Assembly: GCA_030740155.1 (NCBI GenBank)
Contig: JASLXV010000018.1
Span: 1-15,871 of the forward strand
DNA length: 15,871 bases
Reading direction: 5' to 3'
From: Dehalococcoidia bacterium
GTDB lineage: Bacteria; Chloroflexota; Dehalococcoidia; Lucifugimonadales; UBA3495
A model generated the notes under the pieces. That model was not told the DNA's origin. It saw only the letters and a program-made list of their open reading frames with translations, and ran no database searches. Shown piece after piece: positions 1 through 8,198 of the stretch. The translations under genes and the position numbers were made by a program. How positions within the stretch are numbered: the stretch's first letter is position 1; every line of letters begins with the position of its first letter.

Positions 1-1066
1 GTTGGTCCCCGTAGCGAAGAAAGCGTTGCCTCGGGCGGCGTAGACTTCGGCAGACCTGAAGCCGAGGGCGATGCTCCGGCCGAAGTCCGCGACGGCCCGC
101 TCCGGTTGACCGAGGCGGCTGTAGGTCAAGCCCCGGTTGTAAATAGCTATGGCGTCTTCGGGGTTCCGATCGATGATCCCGTCGAAGTACCCAACAGTGT
201 CCGGCCTGCCCAGCCCGGCGTAGGCTTCTTGGAGATCCACAAGGGCATTGGATACCCAAGGGGAGGCGAAATCGATTGAGAGGCTTTGCTCCAGGAACCT
301 GCGGGACTCCTCAAGTCGGCCCAGATCCAGGTGGGCCTCGCCCTGAAGGTATAAGGCCTTTGCGTATTCAAGCCTGTCAGCGGGCGATTCCGGTCGGTTC
401 TCGGTGATGGCGATGGAGTGCTGGAGGTCGGTAGTAGCCTGCCGGTGGAGGCCGAGGTCATTGTAGGCCTGGCCGCGGCCGGTGTAAGCTTCGGCGAGCT
501 GGGGGTTCAGGCGAATGGCGTCACCAAAATCAGCGACGGCCCGCTGTGGTTGATCTTGTGCCAAGTAGTAGTAGCCGCGGCCGTTGTAAGCCAGCGCTGA
601 TTGGGGGTCGAGGCGGATGGCCCGGTCGAAGTCCTGGATGGCCCGCTGGAACTCACCCACGTCCAGGTAGTGTTGGCCCCGGTAGATGTAGGTCAGGGCC
701 AGTTGGGGATCTAGCTGGATGGCCTGGTCGAACTCCATAATAGCCGCCTCGGGAGCCCTCGAGCGGTAGAAGTTACCCAGATAAACGTGGTACAGGGGGT
801 TTTGGGGCTCGAAGTTAATGGCGACCGCCAAGTCGACCCTGGCTTGGCCGTCGTTGGTCCCCGTAGCGAAGAAAGCGTTGCCTCGGGCGGCGTAGACTTC
901 GGCAGACCTGAAGCCGAGGGCGATGCTCCGGCCGAAGTCCGCGACGGCCCGCTCCGGTTGACCGAGGCGGCGGTAGGCCAGGCCGCGGTTGTAAATAGCT
1001 ATGGCGTCTTCGGGGTTCCGATCGATGATCCCGTCAAAGTACTCAACCGTGACCGGCCTGCCCAGC
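1..1066. repeat. Intragenic direct repeat with 852-bp period (1-214 vs 853-1066) in the TPR region
   Basis: 1-119 is identical to 853-971. There are 8 mismatches over 1-214 (positions 120, 126, 129, 133, 184, 191, 196, 200). Protein-level similarity continues to about 350 vs about 1200. Confidence 0.95.
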
Positions 1067-3696
1067 TCGACGTAAGTTTCCTGGAGACGCTCGATGGCCT
1101 CGGGCGCCCAAGGGGCAGTGAAACTGATCGCGAGGCTTCGCTCGAGGGCCCTGGCGGACTCCTCAAGTTGGCCCAGGTCCCGGTAGGCCGTAGCCTGCAG
1201 ATATGGGGCCCTCGCCGATAGGGCGGTGTCCTTGGTAATAGCCAGGGATCCCTCGAGGTTTTCCAGCGCTTCCGTGGGCCGGCCGGCTTCTAAAAGGGCG
1301 TCGGCCAGCTCGTTTTGCAGGTGCCAGTTTGCGGGGACCAGCGCCAAACTCTCCTGGTAATACCGGACAGTTTCATCGCGGAGCCGTATGGTCCTGACAT
1401 TTTCACCTGTCCTGATGGAATAATCGGTGTCCCGCAGATCATAGGCTGAGGCGGCCACCGCCAAGCGGGAGCGATAATAGAAGGGACGCCTATCAACTCC
1501 TGCCAGGTCGCTCAAATACCTCTGGAAGGCCAGGCATTCGCTGTAGCCAATGTCTACTTGTTTACTGCACTCCGGTTCTGGAGTGGAACGCTGCGTGACC
1601 TGGTACGTCAGGTATACGCTGGCTTTGTAGTTGTAATAGACCGGCACATTTGGGGCCAACTCGATCGCCCGGTCCAGGCTGGCCATGGCCGCTTCGAGGT
1701 CACCCTGCTGGAAGCTCCGTACGGCGTCTCCCGCGCTCACCGCGGCCCGAACGTTGTTGATTCCCTTCACCCACGTAACAACCGCGATCATGCCAATCAG
1801 CGCGGCCACAATGGCAAGCCACCATAGATACGCCCATTTTGGAGTGAGGGCAACGGCGGCGACCTCCCTCCGGCCGCGTTGGCGCCGCTGGGGCCTGTCC
1901 AGTGGTTGAGCCGGCTCCGGAACTGCCTCCGAGGCGCTCACTACCGTGGACAAGGCGGCGAACATCGCCAGCAGTGTCCAGAGAATTGTCAGGTCGGACA
2001 CCCTGGCGATGCCCACTTGCATCTCCAGGAACCGGCCCGCCAGTATCGCAACAAGTCCAATCAGCAGGAGGAAACGGGTCTGATAGTTGCGTTGCCTGTG
2101 CCTCCACACCATGTACCCACCAGCCAGAAAGACAGCGGCGAATAGACCCAAAGAGCTGAGTAGTCCTAGAAATCCTTGCTCCACGGCCTGGTGGATGAAA
2201 TAGTTGTGGGCGTGGTCTGGTTCCAAATTAAGCAGGCCCACGTCTTCAGGGGGGCTCTCCAGCAGGTACGTGTACCGGAATAGGTCCGGCCCGTACCCAA
2301 TAAGTGGGCGTAGCCGACGGAGGCTGAGGTCATCGAACTCGAACCACGGGTGGCCGCGTATGAGACTCCAGGATACTGTCCAGTGGGTCCCGCGGCCCCC
2401 GATGAAGCCGCCAAGCACGTCGGTTCTGATGGAAGAGAATCGTTGGGCAAGTTCGCCGGCTCTTTCCTCCGTGACGGGCTGGGACGACCCGGGTCCGCTG
2501 CCTCCAAACCATATAGGGACCAGGATGAGGGCAGCTACTGCCACCCCTACGGTTCCCAGCGCGAGGGCGGCCAGCCCAAGGACCCGCATGCTAGTCCATA
2601 CGGCCCCGGCGACTAGGACTCCTCCCAGAGCCATCAGAGGACTAAACAACGGCCCGCTGTTCAAGAAGTTGATGTTTCCCTGCCACTGGAGAAAAGCCAG
2701 GGACCAGGCCCCGGCCAGTCCCAATACCAGGGAGGCCCGCCAGAAATGCCGCCAGCCAGCTACCAATAGGCTCAGGCCCAGGAAACAAGCCAGGCCCACG
2801 ATGGTGCCCACCCAAGGGCCCCGGCTAAAGGTGAACATGATCCCCAGCAGCTGCACCGTCAGGACCCCCGCCCAGAGACCCATTGGTGCCAGTGACCGCG
2901 CCCATTGCCACTGGCTTTCGACACGACGTCCGAACATTGCTACCGGTTCCGGCATGGCAACGGCCGCTACCGCCAATGTGGCCGGTATTGTCATGGATAG
3001 GACGGCGGCCGTGAAGATGGGATTACCCGTGGTGCCGGTTACTCGGCGAGAACCGGAACCCGAGATTTCGGACAAGTCAAAAAAATCGAACCCGTAGTGC
3101 TGGAGCATCCCGTATCCGGCCAAGAACACGCCCATGGCTACGATTGTCCCAAGCAGGCGCCACAATTGGGCCCGGGTCTTCAGGTGGGTCGCGATCACCG
3201 AGAAGAGCAGCACGTAGGCGATAACATTGTACGCGGAGTAGCCGTCCTGGCCCGGTATTTCACCCCAGATGCTGGTGTTGACCGATGACGACAGGACGGT
3301 GCTGAGAAGAGTCGTCCCTAGGTAGACCCCAACGGCCAGGAGGAGCCATCGGGTCGGACTTTCTCTAAGCCATTTGGACAGAGCCGCCGGCCACAGGGAC
3401 GGTCGAACGCCGGACCATCCGCCGCTGATCAAGGAGCTGAAGGGAACCCGGCCCTGAGCGACCCACTCGACCAGCCAGAGCACGGCCATCAGCCCGGTCA
3501 GCGTCCGCAACAGCGCGATCTTGGGTACTTCGGCGTAGGCGATCAACGCCTCGGACCTCGCGTAGTCGCGGTCCAGGAATGCCAGCGGCACCAGGAAAAC
3601 CGTCAGAAGCCAAAGAGCTTCCAGGCCCCGGTTGACCCACAAGGATAGGTTTACGTTGGCGCCCGAAGGAGCCAATTGATTTCTAGCCGTCGTCAA
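1..3696 (-). CDS. Large O-antigen ligase (Wzy_C/PglL-like) membrane protein fused to a C-terminal TPR array; 3'-partial, at least 1232 aa
   Basis: Hand translation of the minus frame from TTG 3696 to position 1 has no stop, so the ORF track omits it. The N-terminal part has many TM segments with ligase-family motifs: LQHYGFD..RVTGTTGNPIF, TFSRGPW, GGRGTHW..RPLIGYGPD and PDHAHNYFIHQAVEQGFLGL (HAHN at 2203-2214). From about 1730 down are TPRs, e.g. ALTYIYRGQHYLDVGEFQRAIQDFDRAIRLDPQS and ALAYNGRGYYYLAQDQPQRAVADFGDAIRLNPQL. The start is uncertain: the frame is open up to a stop at 3823-3825, with alternatives ATG 3813 and TTG 3675. Confidence 0.9.
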   Translation of the reverse strand, partial: MTTARNQLAPSGANVNLSLWVNRGLEALWLLTVFLVPLAFLDRDYARSEALIAYAEVPKIALLRTLTGLMAVLWLVEWVAQGRVPFSSLISGGWSGVRPSLWPAALSKWLRESPTRWLLLAVGVYLGTTLLSTVLSSSVNTSIWGEIPGQDGYSAYNVIAYVLLFSVIATHLKTRAQLWRLLGTIVAMGVFLAGYGMLQHYGFDFFDLSEISGSGSRRVTGTTGNPIFTAAVLSMTIPATLAVAAVAMPEPVAMFGRRVESQWQWARSLAPMGLWAGVLTVQLLGIMFTFSRGPWVGTIVGLACFLGLSLLVAGWRHFWRASLVLGLAGAWSLAFLQWQGNINFLNSGPLFSPLMALGGVLVAGAVWTSMRVLGLAALALGTVGVAVAALILVPIWFGGSGPGSSQPVTEERAGELAQRFSSIRTDVLGGFIGGRGTHWTVSWSLIRGHPWFEFDDLSLRRLRPLIGYGPDLFRYTYLLESPPEDVGLLNLEPDHAHNYFIHQAVEQGFLGLLSSLGLFAAVFLAGGYMVWRHRQRNYQTRFLLLIGLVAILAGRFLEMQVGIARVSDLTILWTLLAMFAALSTVVSASEAVPEPAQPLDRPQRRQRGRREVAAVALTPKWAYLWWLAIVAALIGMIAVVTWVKGINNVRAAVSAGDAVRSFQQGDLEAAMASLDRAIELAPNVPVYYNYKASVYLTYQVTQRSTPEPECSKQVDIGYSECLAFQRYLSDLAGVDRRPFYYRSRLAVAASAYDLRDTDYSIRTGENVRTIRLRDETVRYYQESLALVPANWHLQNELADALLEAGRPTEALENLEGSLAITKDTALSARAPYLQATAYRDLGQLEESARALERSLAISFTAPWAPEAIERLQETYVELGRPVTVEYFDGIIDRNPEDAIAIYNRGLAYRRLGQPERAVADFGRSIALGFRSAEVYAARGNAFFATGTNDGQARVDLAVAINFEPQNPLYHVYLGNFYRSRAPEAAIMEFDQAIQLDPQLALTYIYRGQHYLDVGEFQRAIQDFDRAIRLDPQSALAYNGRGYYYLAQDQPQRAVADFGDAIRLNPQLAEAYTGRGQAYNDLGLHRQATTDLQHSIAITENRPESPADRLEYAKALYLQGEAHLDLGRLEESRRFLEQSLSIDFASPWVSNALVDLQEAYAGLGRPDTVGYFDGIIDRNPEDAIAIYNRGLTYSRLGQPERAVADFGRSIALGFRSAEVYAARGNAFFATGTN

Positions 3697-3887
3697 ATTT
3701 GCCGTCCGGAACGTATTTGTAGGAGCATGGGGTGGAGGAGGCCCGCGCCATGGCCGGACACTGCCACCCTGAGTTCTTCGGGAAGTAGGGCTGCGCCGGC
3801 AAGGGCGGCGCATTCCCAAGAGTCAACCAATCGAATATCGCGGCTCACGTCTCGGGCGCTCAAGAAGACCGGAACCGCTCCGGCCTT

Positions 3888-3896
3888 GTTATACCA
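3888..3896 (-). promoter_or_regulatory. Candidate extended -10 element (TGgTATAAC) upstream of the ligase-TPR gene
   Basis: The minus strand reads AAATTGGTATAACAAGG, an AT-rich patch in a GC-rich intergenic gap. No convincing -35 is present and the last base is off-consensus. Confidence 0.3.
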
Positions 3897-4311
3897 ATTT
3901 GAAGCGCCGGGCATCCGGCTCGGTTGTTTGCCGGAACGGATCGAAGGCAACACCGGTGGCCCAAGGGAAGCGGTACCACCATCTCGCATTGGCCAAGGTC
4001 CCCTGTCACCACACTTCGGCAGGGACAAAGCTGTAAAGGATATAGTCCGGCCCTGGCAGGGCGCGCCGTCCGCCGGCCTGGCGACAGCTCCGCCACACCG
4101 CTTCGAAGGTGGCCCGTGGTTTCTTGACGTGGATGTCTTGCCACCAGCGGAATACGGTTTGCAACGCCCGCGGGCGCCCGTCGCCGCCCGTGGGCGAGGA
4201 CCATCGGGAAGCACCCGGCTCCGGGGATTCAGGGTTGCCAACCCAGGCAGGGTCGAATACTTGCGTCGATCGAAAGGCGTCCACTGCACATTGAAGCTCA
4301 AAGTACGACCT

Positions 4312-6006
4312 TTACCCTGGACCCGCCGGTTCCACCCGGATCAACACCTGCGTGAACGTCCGGAGGACGATGGGACCATCGGCGTTGGCAAACCATCGCC
4401 ATCCGCCGGGACCCTTGGTTCCTCCCTTCTCCGGGACCGGAGGCTGGACCGGGAGGCGGGAGAAGGCCAGCCCTTCGTGGTCGAGAGCCTCGCCCGGCTG
4501 GAGTTCGGCCAGCCGTCTGAGGGACCAGAGGTGCGGATCACGGTTGTAGGCCGGCGTATCCAACAGGAATTGAACCCACCGTTCTTTCAAGTACCCGATG
4601 TGATCGACGCTAACCCTGGTGGCGTGGTCAAGGAGGGCCGGGTCGACCCTTCCATCGAGGGAACGGACCTCAAAACGATCATCCAGCCAGTAGCGGAGCT
4701 GGACCTCTTGCATCGCAACTGAGATGGGCAGGGTCTGGGGTTGGCCCAGCAGGTTGAAAAGGGCATCGCTGGTGGCTTGGCGCTCCGAAGGGGCTTTGAT
4801 GCACCTCCACAATGACGCGTCGGAGTCCAGCTCCAGCCTCAGGCCGGTTTCCGCCAGGAAGACTCCGCCCAGCACGACGGCCGAAGCAACCATCGAGATC
4901 CGCAGCCCGTATCTGTAGGTTGAGCCCCGGGACTGACTCCAGGTATTCCACAGCCATTGAGCGCCCATCACGGCCACCAGCACCAGCGCAGGCATCAGGA
5001 AAATGGCGAGGCGGGCGACGTGAATCGAGCCAAGCAAAGAGCTGTAGAGGATGAAGCCGGCCCAGAACAGGACGATGAGAAAGCCTGCCCCGCTCTTCGA
5101 CCCGTGAAGCTCCAGGCGTCCCGTGACGTACAGCCAGTTGGCGAGCAGCCACAGGGTCGTCAAAGGGAAGTACTCGGCAAGCCTTATGGCGAACCTGGAG
5201 CTGACGAAGAGAGGGCCAATCTGGTAGGAATCCGGGGAAACATTGCTCATCAACATGCGGGATAGCCCAGAGCTTGGGAGAAGGTGGTCGGTCTGAGAAA
5301 GATGGAAATAGGCCAGGGCGCCGGTCATCATCAGGAAGGGCGCCAAAAAGACCGCGGAGCGAAGCATGGTCCCGGCCAGGGCTCGCCCCGAACCGAATGA
5401 CGTCAGGCCACGATAGATGAGCGCGATGGCAGCAACGATGAACCCTTCCGGGCGGAGCCAGCAGGCCAGTCCCAGGAGAAACCCCAGGGCCAGCTCGTGG
5501 CGCACGGTCTTGTTTACGTTCGCCGGCACCGTGAACCACCCGGACCGCGAGGCGGCATAAAACCAAAGGAAGATGAAGAAGGCAAATATCCCGTTCTCCA
5601 TCCCAATGGTGGAGTTGTACACCGAACCGGGCAGCAACCCGGCAGCCAGAGCGGCGATCATCGCCCAAACGCCGGAGCGCAGGTAGCGTCGGGCGGTCAA
5701 AAAGACGAGAACGACGAGCCCATACCATAGAAGCAGGTTCGCTCCCTTGACGATGGCCGGCACTGCCGCGGCGGGAAATGCCCGGTACAGGCCGGCGATG
5801 AACAGCATGTACCCGGGGCTGGTTACACCGGGAGACTTCTCTCCGGGGTTGAATTCGAAGAATCTCCCCTCGGCCGCGTTCTCGCCGTAGATGAGGTGGA
5901 CCTGAGAGTCGCCCGCGTAATTGCCGATGTAGGCGAACGGAGACAGAAGGACCGCAACGCAAGAAACTACAAAGAGCAGGCGGCGGACACCAAGCTTGGA
6001 GAGCAT
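4312..6006 (-). CDS. Polytopic membrane protein, probable GT-C glycosyltransferase (AftB/GT89-like N-terminal motif)
   Basis: After TM1 comes GDSQVHLIYGENAAEGRFFEFNPGEKSPGVTSPGY, then GMENGIF, CWLRPEG, multiple TM helices and a soluble C-terminal domain with SLDGRVD. This resembles the DD..I....N...G....N.GE.....TS motif of AftB-like proteins. The ORF extends to GTG 6126, but ATG 6006 just before TM1 is preferred. Confidence 0.6.
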   Translation of the reverse strand: MLSKLGVRRLLFVVSCVAVLLSPFAYIGNYAGDSQVHLIYGENAAEGRFFEFNPGEKSPGVTSPGYMLFIAGLYRAFPAAAVPAIVKGANLLLWYGLVVLVFLTARRYLRSGVWAMIAALAAGLLPGSVYNSTIGMENGIFAFFIFLWFYAASRSGWFTVPANVNKTVRHELALGFLLGLACWLRPEGFIVAAIALIYRGLTSFGSGRALAGTMLRSAVFLAPFLMMTGALAYFHLSQTDHLLPSSGLSRMLMSNVSPDSYQIGPLFVSSRFAIRLAEYFPLTTLWLLANWLYVTGRLELHGSKSGAGFLIVLFWAGFILYSSLLGSIHVARLAIFLMPALVLVAVMGAQWLWNTWSQSRGSTYRYGLRISMVASAVVLGGVFLAETGLRLELDSDASLWRCIKAPSERQATSDALFNLLGQPQTLPISVAMQEVQLRYWLDDRFEVRSLDGRVDPALLDHATRVSVDHIGYLKERWVQFLLDTPAYNRDPHLWSLRRLAELQPGEALDHEGLAFSRLPVQPPVPEKGGTKGPGGWRWFANADGPIVLRTFTQVLIRVEPAGPG

Positions 6007-6314
6007 GGATCTGACCGGGAGCAAGTAGCTCGCGCTAGTCGAGTACCCAAATCGGGACGCGCGGGTATGCTCGGAGGTCCCCTCTGAGGGATTCACCGGC
6101 CGCCTTCCCTGAGCTGAGCCGCCCACCCGATCCGCGAAAGCCTTCCGCGGGCTGTAGCCCGGATTCCTGTGGCTGGATTCATCCTCTTTGCCGCATATAC
6201 TGCCATGTCAAACAGCAAACTGGCCGCTCCTTGGTCGAGCGGCCATACTGGAGAGCGGTGAATGGTAGCCCCGCACCTTGGGGCCGTAAACCCGAGGGCC
6301 TTGGTGGATGCCCA

Positions 6315-7031
6315 TTAGCCCCCGGTGCCCGGTTTGACCTGACCTCCGTTCGCGGTCTCGCGATCTTGGGTGCCCGCGTCCACCGGGGCCGGGATTTCGC
6401 CGATCTCCGTGGACTTTCCGCCACGCCGGTCCCAGCGTCTCGCCAAAGTGTTCATCACCGAACGGCTCAGGAGTTGTACATCCAGCCAGGGCCCCATGCG
6501 CCGGAGGTATTCCAAATCGTAGCGAAACTTTTCTTGAGCATCATCGGTGAGGTCGTACACCTGGGCCAGCCCGGTGAGGCCGGGAAGAACCTGCAAGCGG
6601 TCCGCGAAACCGGGAACCTGTTGCTCCAGCGTCCTTTGCTCCTCCGTGTCCAGCGCCCTGGGGCCGACGAAGCTCATCTCTCTCTTCAAGATGCTGACCA
6701 ACCCCGGAAGCTCGTCCAACGCCGTGCGGCGCAGTAGCCGGCCGACGCGAGTCACCCGTGGGTCGTTCGGCATGGTCCAGGCCGGCCCGCTTCGGTCGGC
6801 CCCCGGCACCATAGTGCGGAATTTCAGGATAGAGAATACCTTCCCGTTCTTTCCGGTTCGATTCTGCTTGTAAAAAACGGGGCCGCGGTCTCCAATCCAG
6901 ATAACAAGGGGAATCAACGTCCAGAGCAGCAGCCAGAGAGGTAAGAGAAAGAGGTGAGCCACGGCCAGCAGGCTATAGTCAAACCATATCTTGTAGGAGC
7001 CACTCCTGGGTTTAGGAACCTGATTCGCCAT
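6315..7031 (-). CDS. Small monotopic phosphoglycosyl transferase (Bac_transf, PglC-like initiating sugar transferase)
   Basis: Single hydrophobic segment, GPVFYKQNRTGKNGK.F..LKFRTM, DPRVTRVGRLLRRTALDELP (DE dyad), MSFVGPR, PGLTGLAQV, YDLEY. Confidence 0.93.
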   Translation of the reverse strand: MANQVPKPRSGSYKIWFDYSLLAVAHLFLLPLWLLLWTLIPLVIWIGDRGPVFYKQNRTGKNGKVFSILKFRTMVPGADRSGPAWTMPNDPRVTRVGRLLRRTALDELPGLVSILKREMSFVGPRALDTEEQRTLEQQVPGFADRLQVLPGLTGLAQVYDLTDDAQEKFRYDLEYLRRMGPWLDVQLLSRSVMNTLARRWDRRGGKSTEIGEIPAPVDAGTQDRETANGGQVKPGTGG

Positions 7032-7106
7032 CTTGTCCAGCCCTCATGAGTTCGCAATGAACCCCAGGGATTGATTTTATCTGCCCCTGGTCAGCCGGTC
7101 CGCCGG

Positions 7107-8090
7107 CTACCGGGCAACTCCGGCGGCGCTGCTCTGTTTGACCAGCTCGTTTTCGATCCACCGATAGGTGATTGCCAGGCCGTCCTCGAGGGTAATGGAA
7201 GGCTCCCAGTCCAAGACCTGGCGGAGCCGTGTGTTGTCGCTGTTGCGGCCCCGCACCCCCTGGGGTCCCGTGAGGTTATGCTCTTTCTTTAGCGTCTTGC
7301 CTGCTATGCCGGAGACGAGGTCCACCAGCGCATTTATCGTAATGAGACGGTCGGTTCCCACGTTGAGCGGCTGGCTGTGGTCCGAATGGATGAGCCGGTA
7401 TATTCCCTCTACACAGTCGTCCACGTACATGAAGGAGCGGGTCTGCTCCCCATCGCCCCAAACTTCGATGGGGCCACCATCTTCCGCCAGCGCCACCTTG
7501 CGGCAAATAGCGGCGGGGGCCTTTTCCCGGCCGCCCTGGTAAGTTCCCAGGGGGCCATAGACGTTATGGAAGCGGGCGACCCGGGTCTTCAGGCCGTACT
7601 CGTCTCCGTAGTACTGGCAGAGTTTTTCGGTGAACAGTTTTTCCCAGCCGTAGCCCTCGTCGGGATCGTAGGGGCTCGCGTCTTCCTCCTTGAGGGGCGT
7701 TACCTCGGGCACGTTCTGCCGGTACTGCGGGTAGACACAGGCGGAACTGGAGAAAAAGAACCTGGATGCGCCGTTGACCCGGCTCGCCTCCAGCATGTGG
7801 GTGCTCACCAGGATGTTGCTGTGGGCCGAGTACCCATGATGGAAGGAGATGTAGCCGATCCCCCCCATGTCGGCGGCCAGGTTATAGACGTGGTCTACGC
7901 CGCGGGTAGCCAGCAGCGCGTTGTCCCACCGGCGCAGGTCCAGTATCTCAAACTCATGGGCGGCGGTGGCTTCGTACTCCGGCTCTTTGAGGTCTACGCC
8001 CCGGACCCAGTACCCTCGGTCCACCAGGTACTTGACCATATGGTGCCCGATGAAGCCGCCGGCCCCGGTCACGAGAGCACGTTTCGCCAT
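7107..8090 (-). CDS. GDP-mannose 3,5-epimerase-like NAD-dependent epimerase
   Basis: TGAGGFIG, LAADMGGIGYI, SSACVYP, YGWEK, RFHNVYGP.GT..GGREKAPAAICRK, WGDGEQTRSF and GPQGVRGRNSDN are all characteristic of the GME subfamily. An AGGAG RBS lies at 8098-8102. Confidence 0.88.
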   Translation of the reverse strand: MAKRALVTGAGGFIGHHMVKYLVDRGYWVRGVDLKEPEYEATAAHEFEILDLRRWDNALLATRGVDHVYNLAADMGGIGYISFHHGYSAHSNILVSTHMLEASRVNGASRFFFSSSACVYPQYRQNVPEVTPLKEEDASPYDPDEGYGWEKLFTEKLCQYYGDEYGLKTRVARFHNVYGPLGTYQGGREKAPAAICRKVALAEDGGPIEVWGDGEQTRSFMYVDDCVEGIYRLIHSDHSQPLNVGTDRLITINALVDLVSGIAGKTLKKEHNLTGPQGVRGRNSDNTRLRQVLDWEPSITLEDGLAITYRWIENELVKQSSAAGVAR

Positions 8091-8135
8091 TAGATCACTC
8101 CTCGATAAATCATGAGGTCACCCGGGCATTGTTCA

Positions 8136-8197
8136 CGGCCGGGTGACGGTGCGGACCGCCCCGGATTCGGGACCGGTGCGGTCTCACCGCTGGGCCG
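8136..8197 (-). other. Imperfect intergenic stem-loop
   Basis: Nested complementary blocks cggcc/ggccg, ggtga/tcacc, gaccgc/gcggtc and ccgg/ccgg immediately after the TagA-family stop codon. There is no U-tract. Confidence 0.45.
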
Positions 8198-8198
8198 G

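Noticed and set aside
1..1066. Repeat pair as a diversity-generating retroelement TR/VR
   Set aside because: The mismatches are not adenine-specific (T/C, C/G and G/T changes occur), both copies are in frame within one gene, and there is no reverse transcriptase in the window.
1..3696. Pseudogene or stop-codon recoding, suggested by the lack of a long ORF in the track
   Set aside because: Manual translation shows no internal stop. The ORF is missing from the track only because its stop lies outside the window.
3693..4301. 202-aa minus-strand ORF filling the intergenic gap
   Set aside because: It has Arg/Pro/Gly-rich non-protein-like composition, no RBS and no motif. Its stop does overlap the TTG at 3696, so it cannot be fully excluded.
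2204..4722. Long plus-strand ORFs (2204-3097, 3676-4722) and similar ones such as 7377-8093 and 8553-9452
   Set aside because: They lie largely antisense to well-supported minus-strand genes, have no recognisable motifs, and are typical GC-rich shadow ORFs.
6190..6215. Promoter from TTGACA at 6206-6211 on the minus strand
   Set aside because: There is no acceptable -10 hexamer at 16-18 bp spacing, and sigma54 GG-N10-GC spacing also fails.
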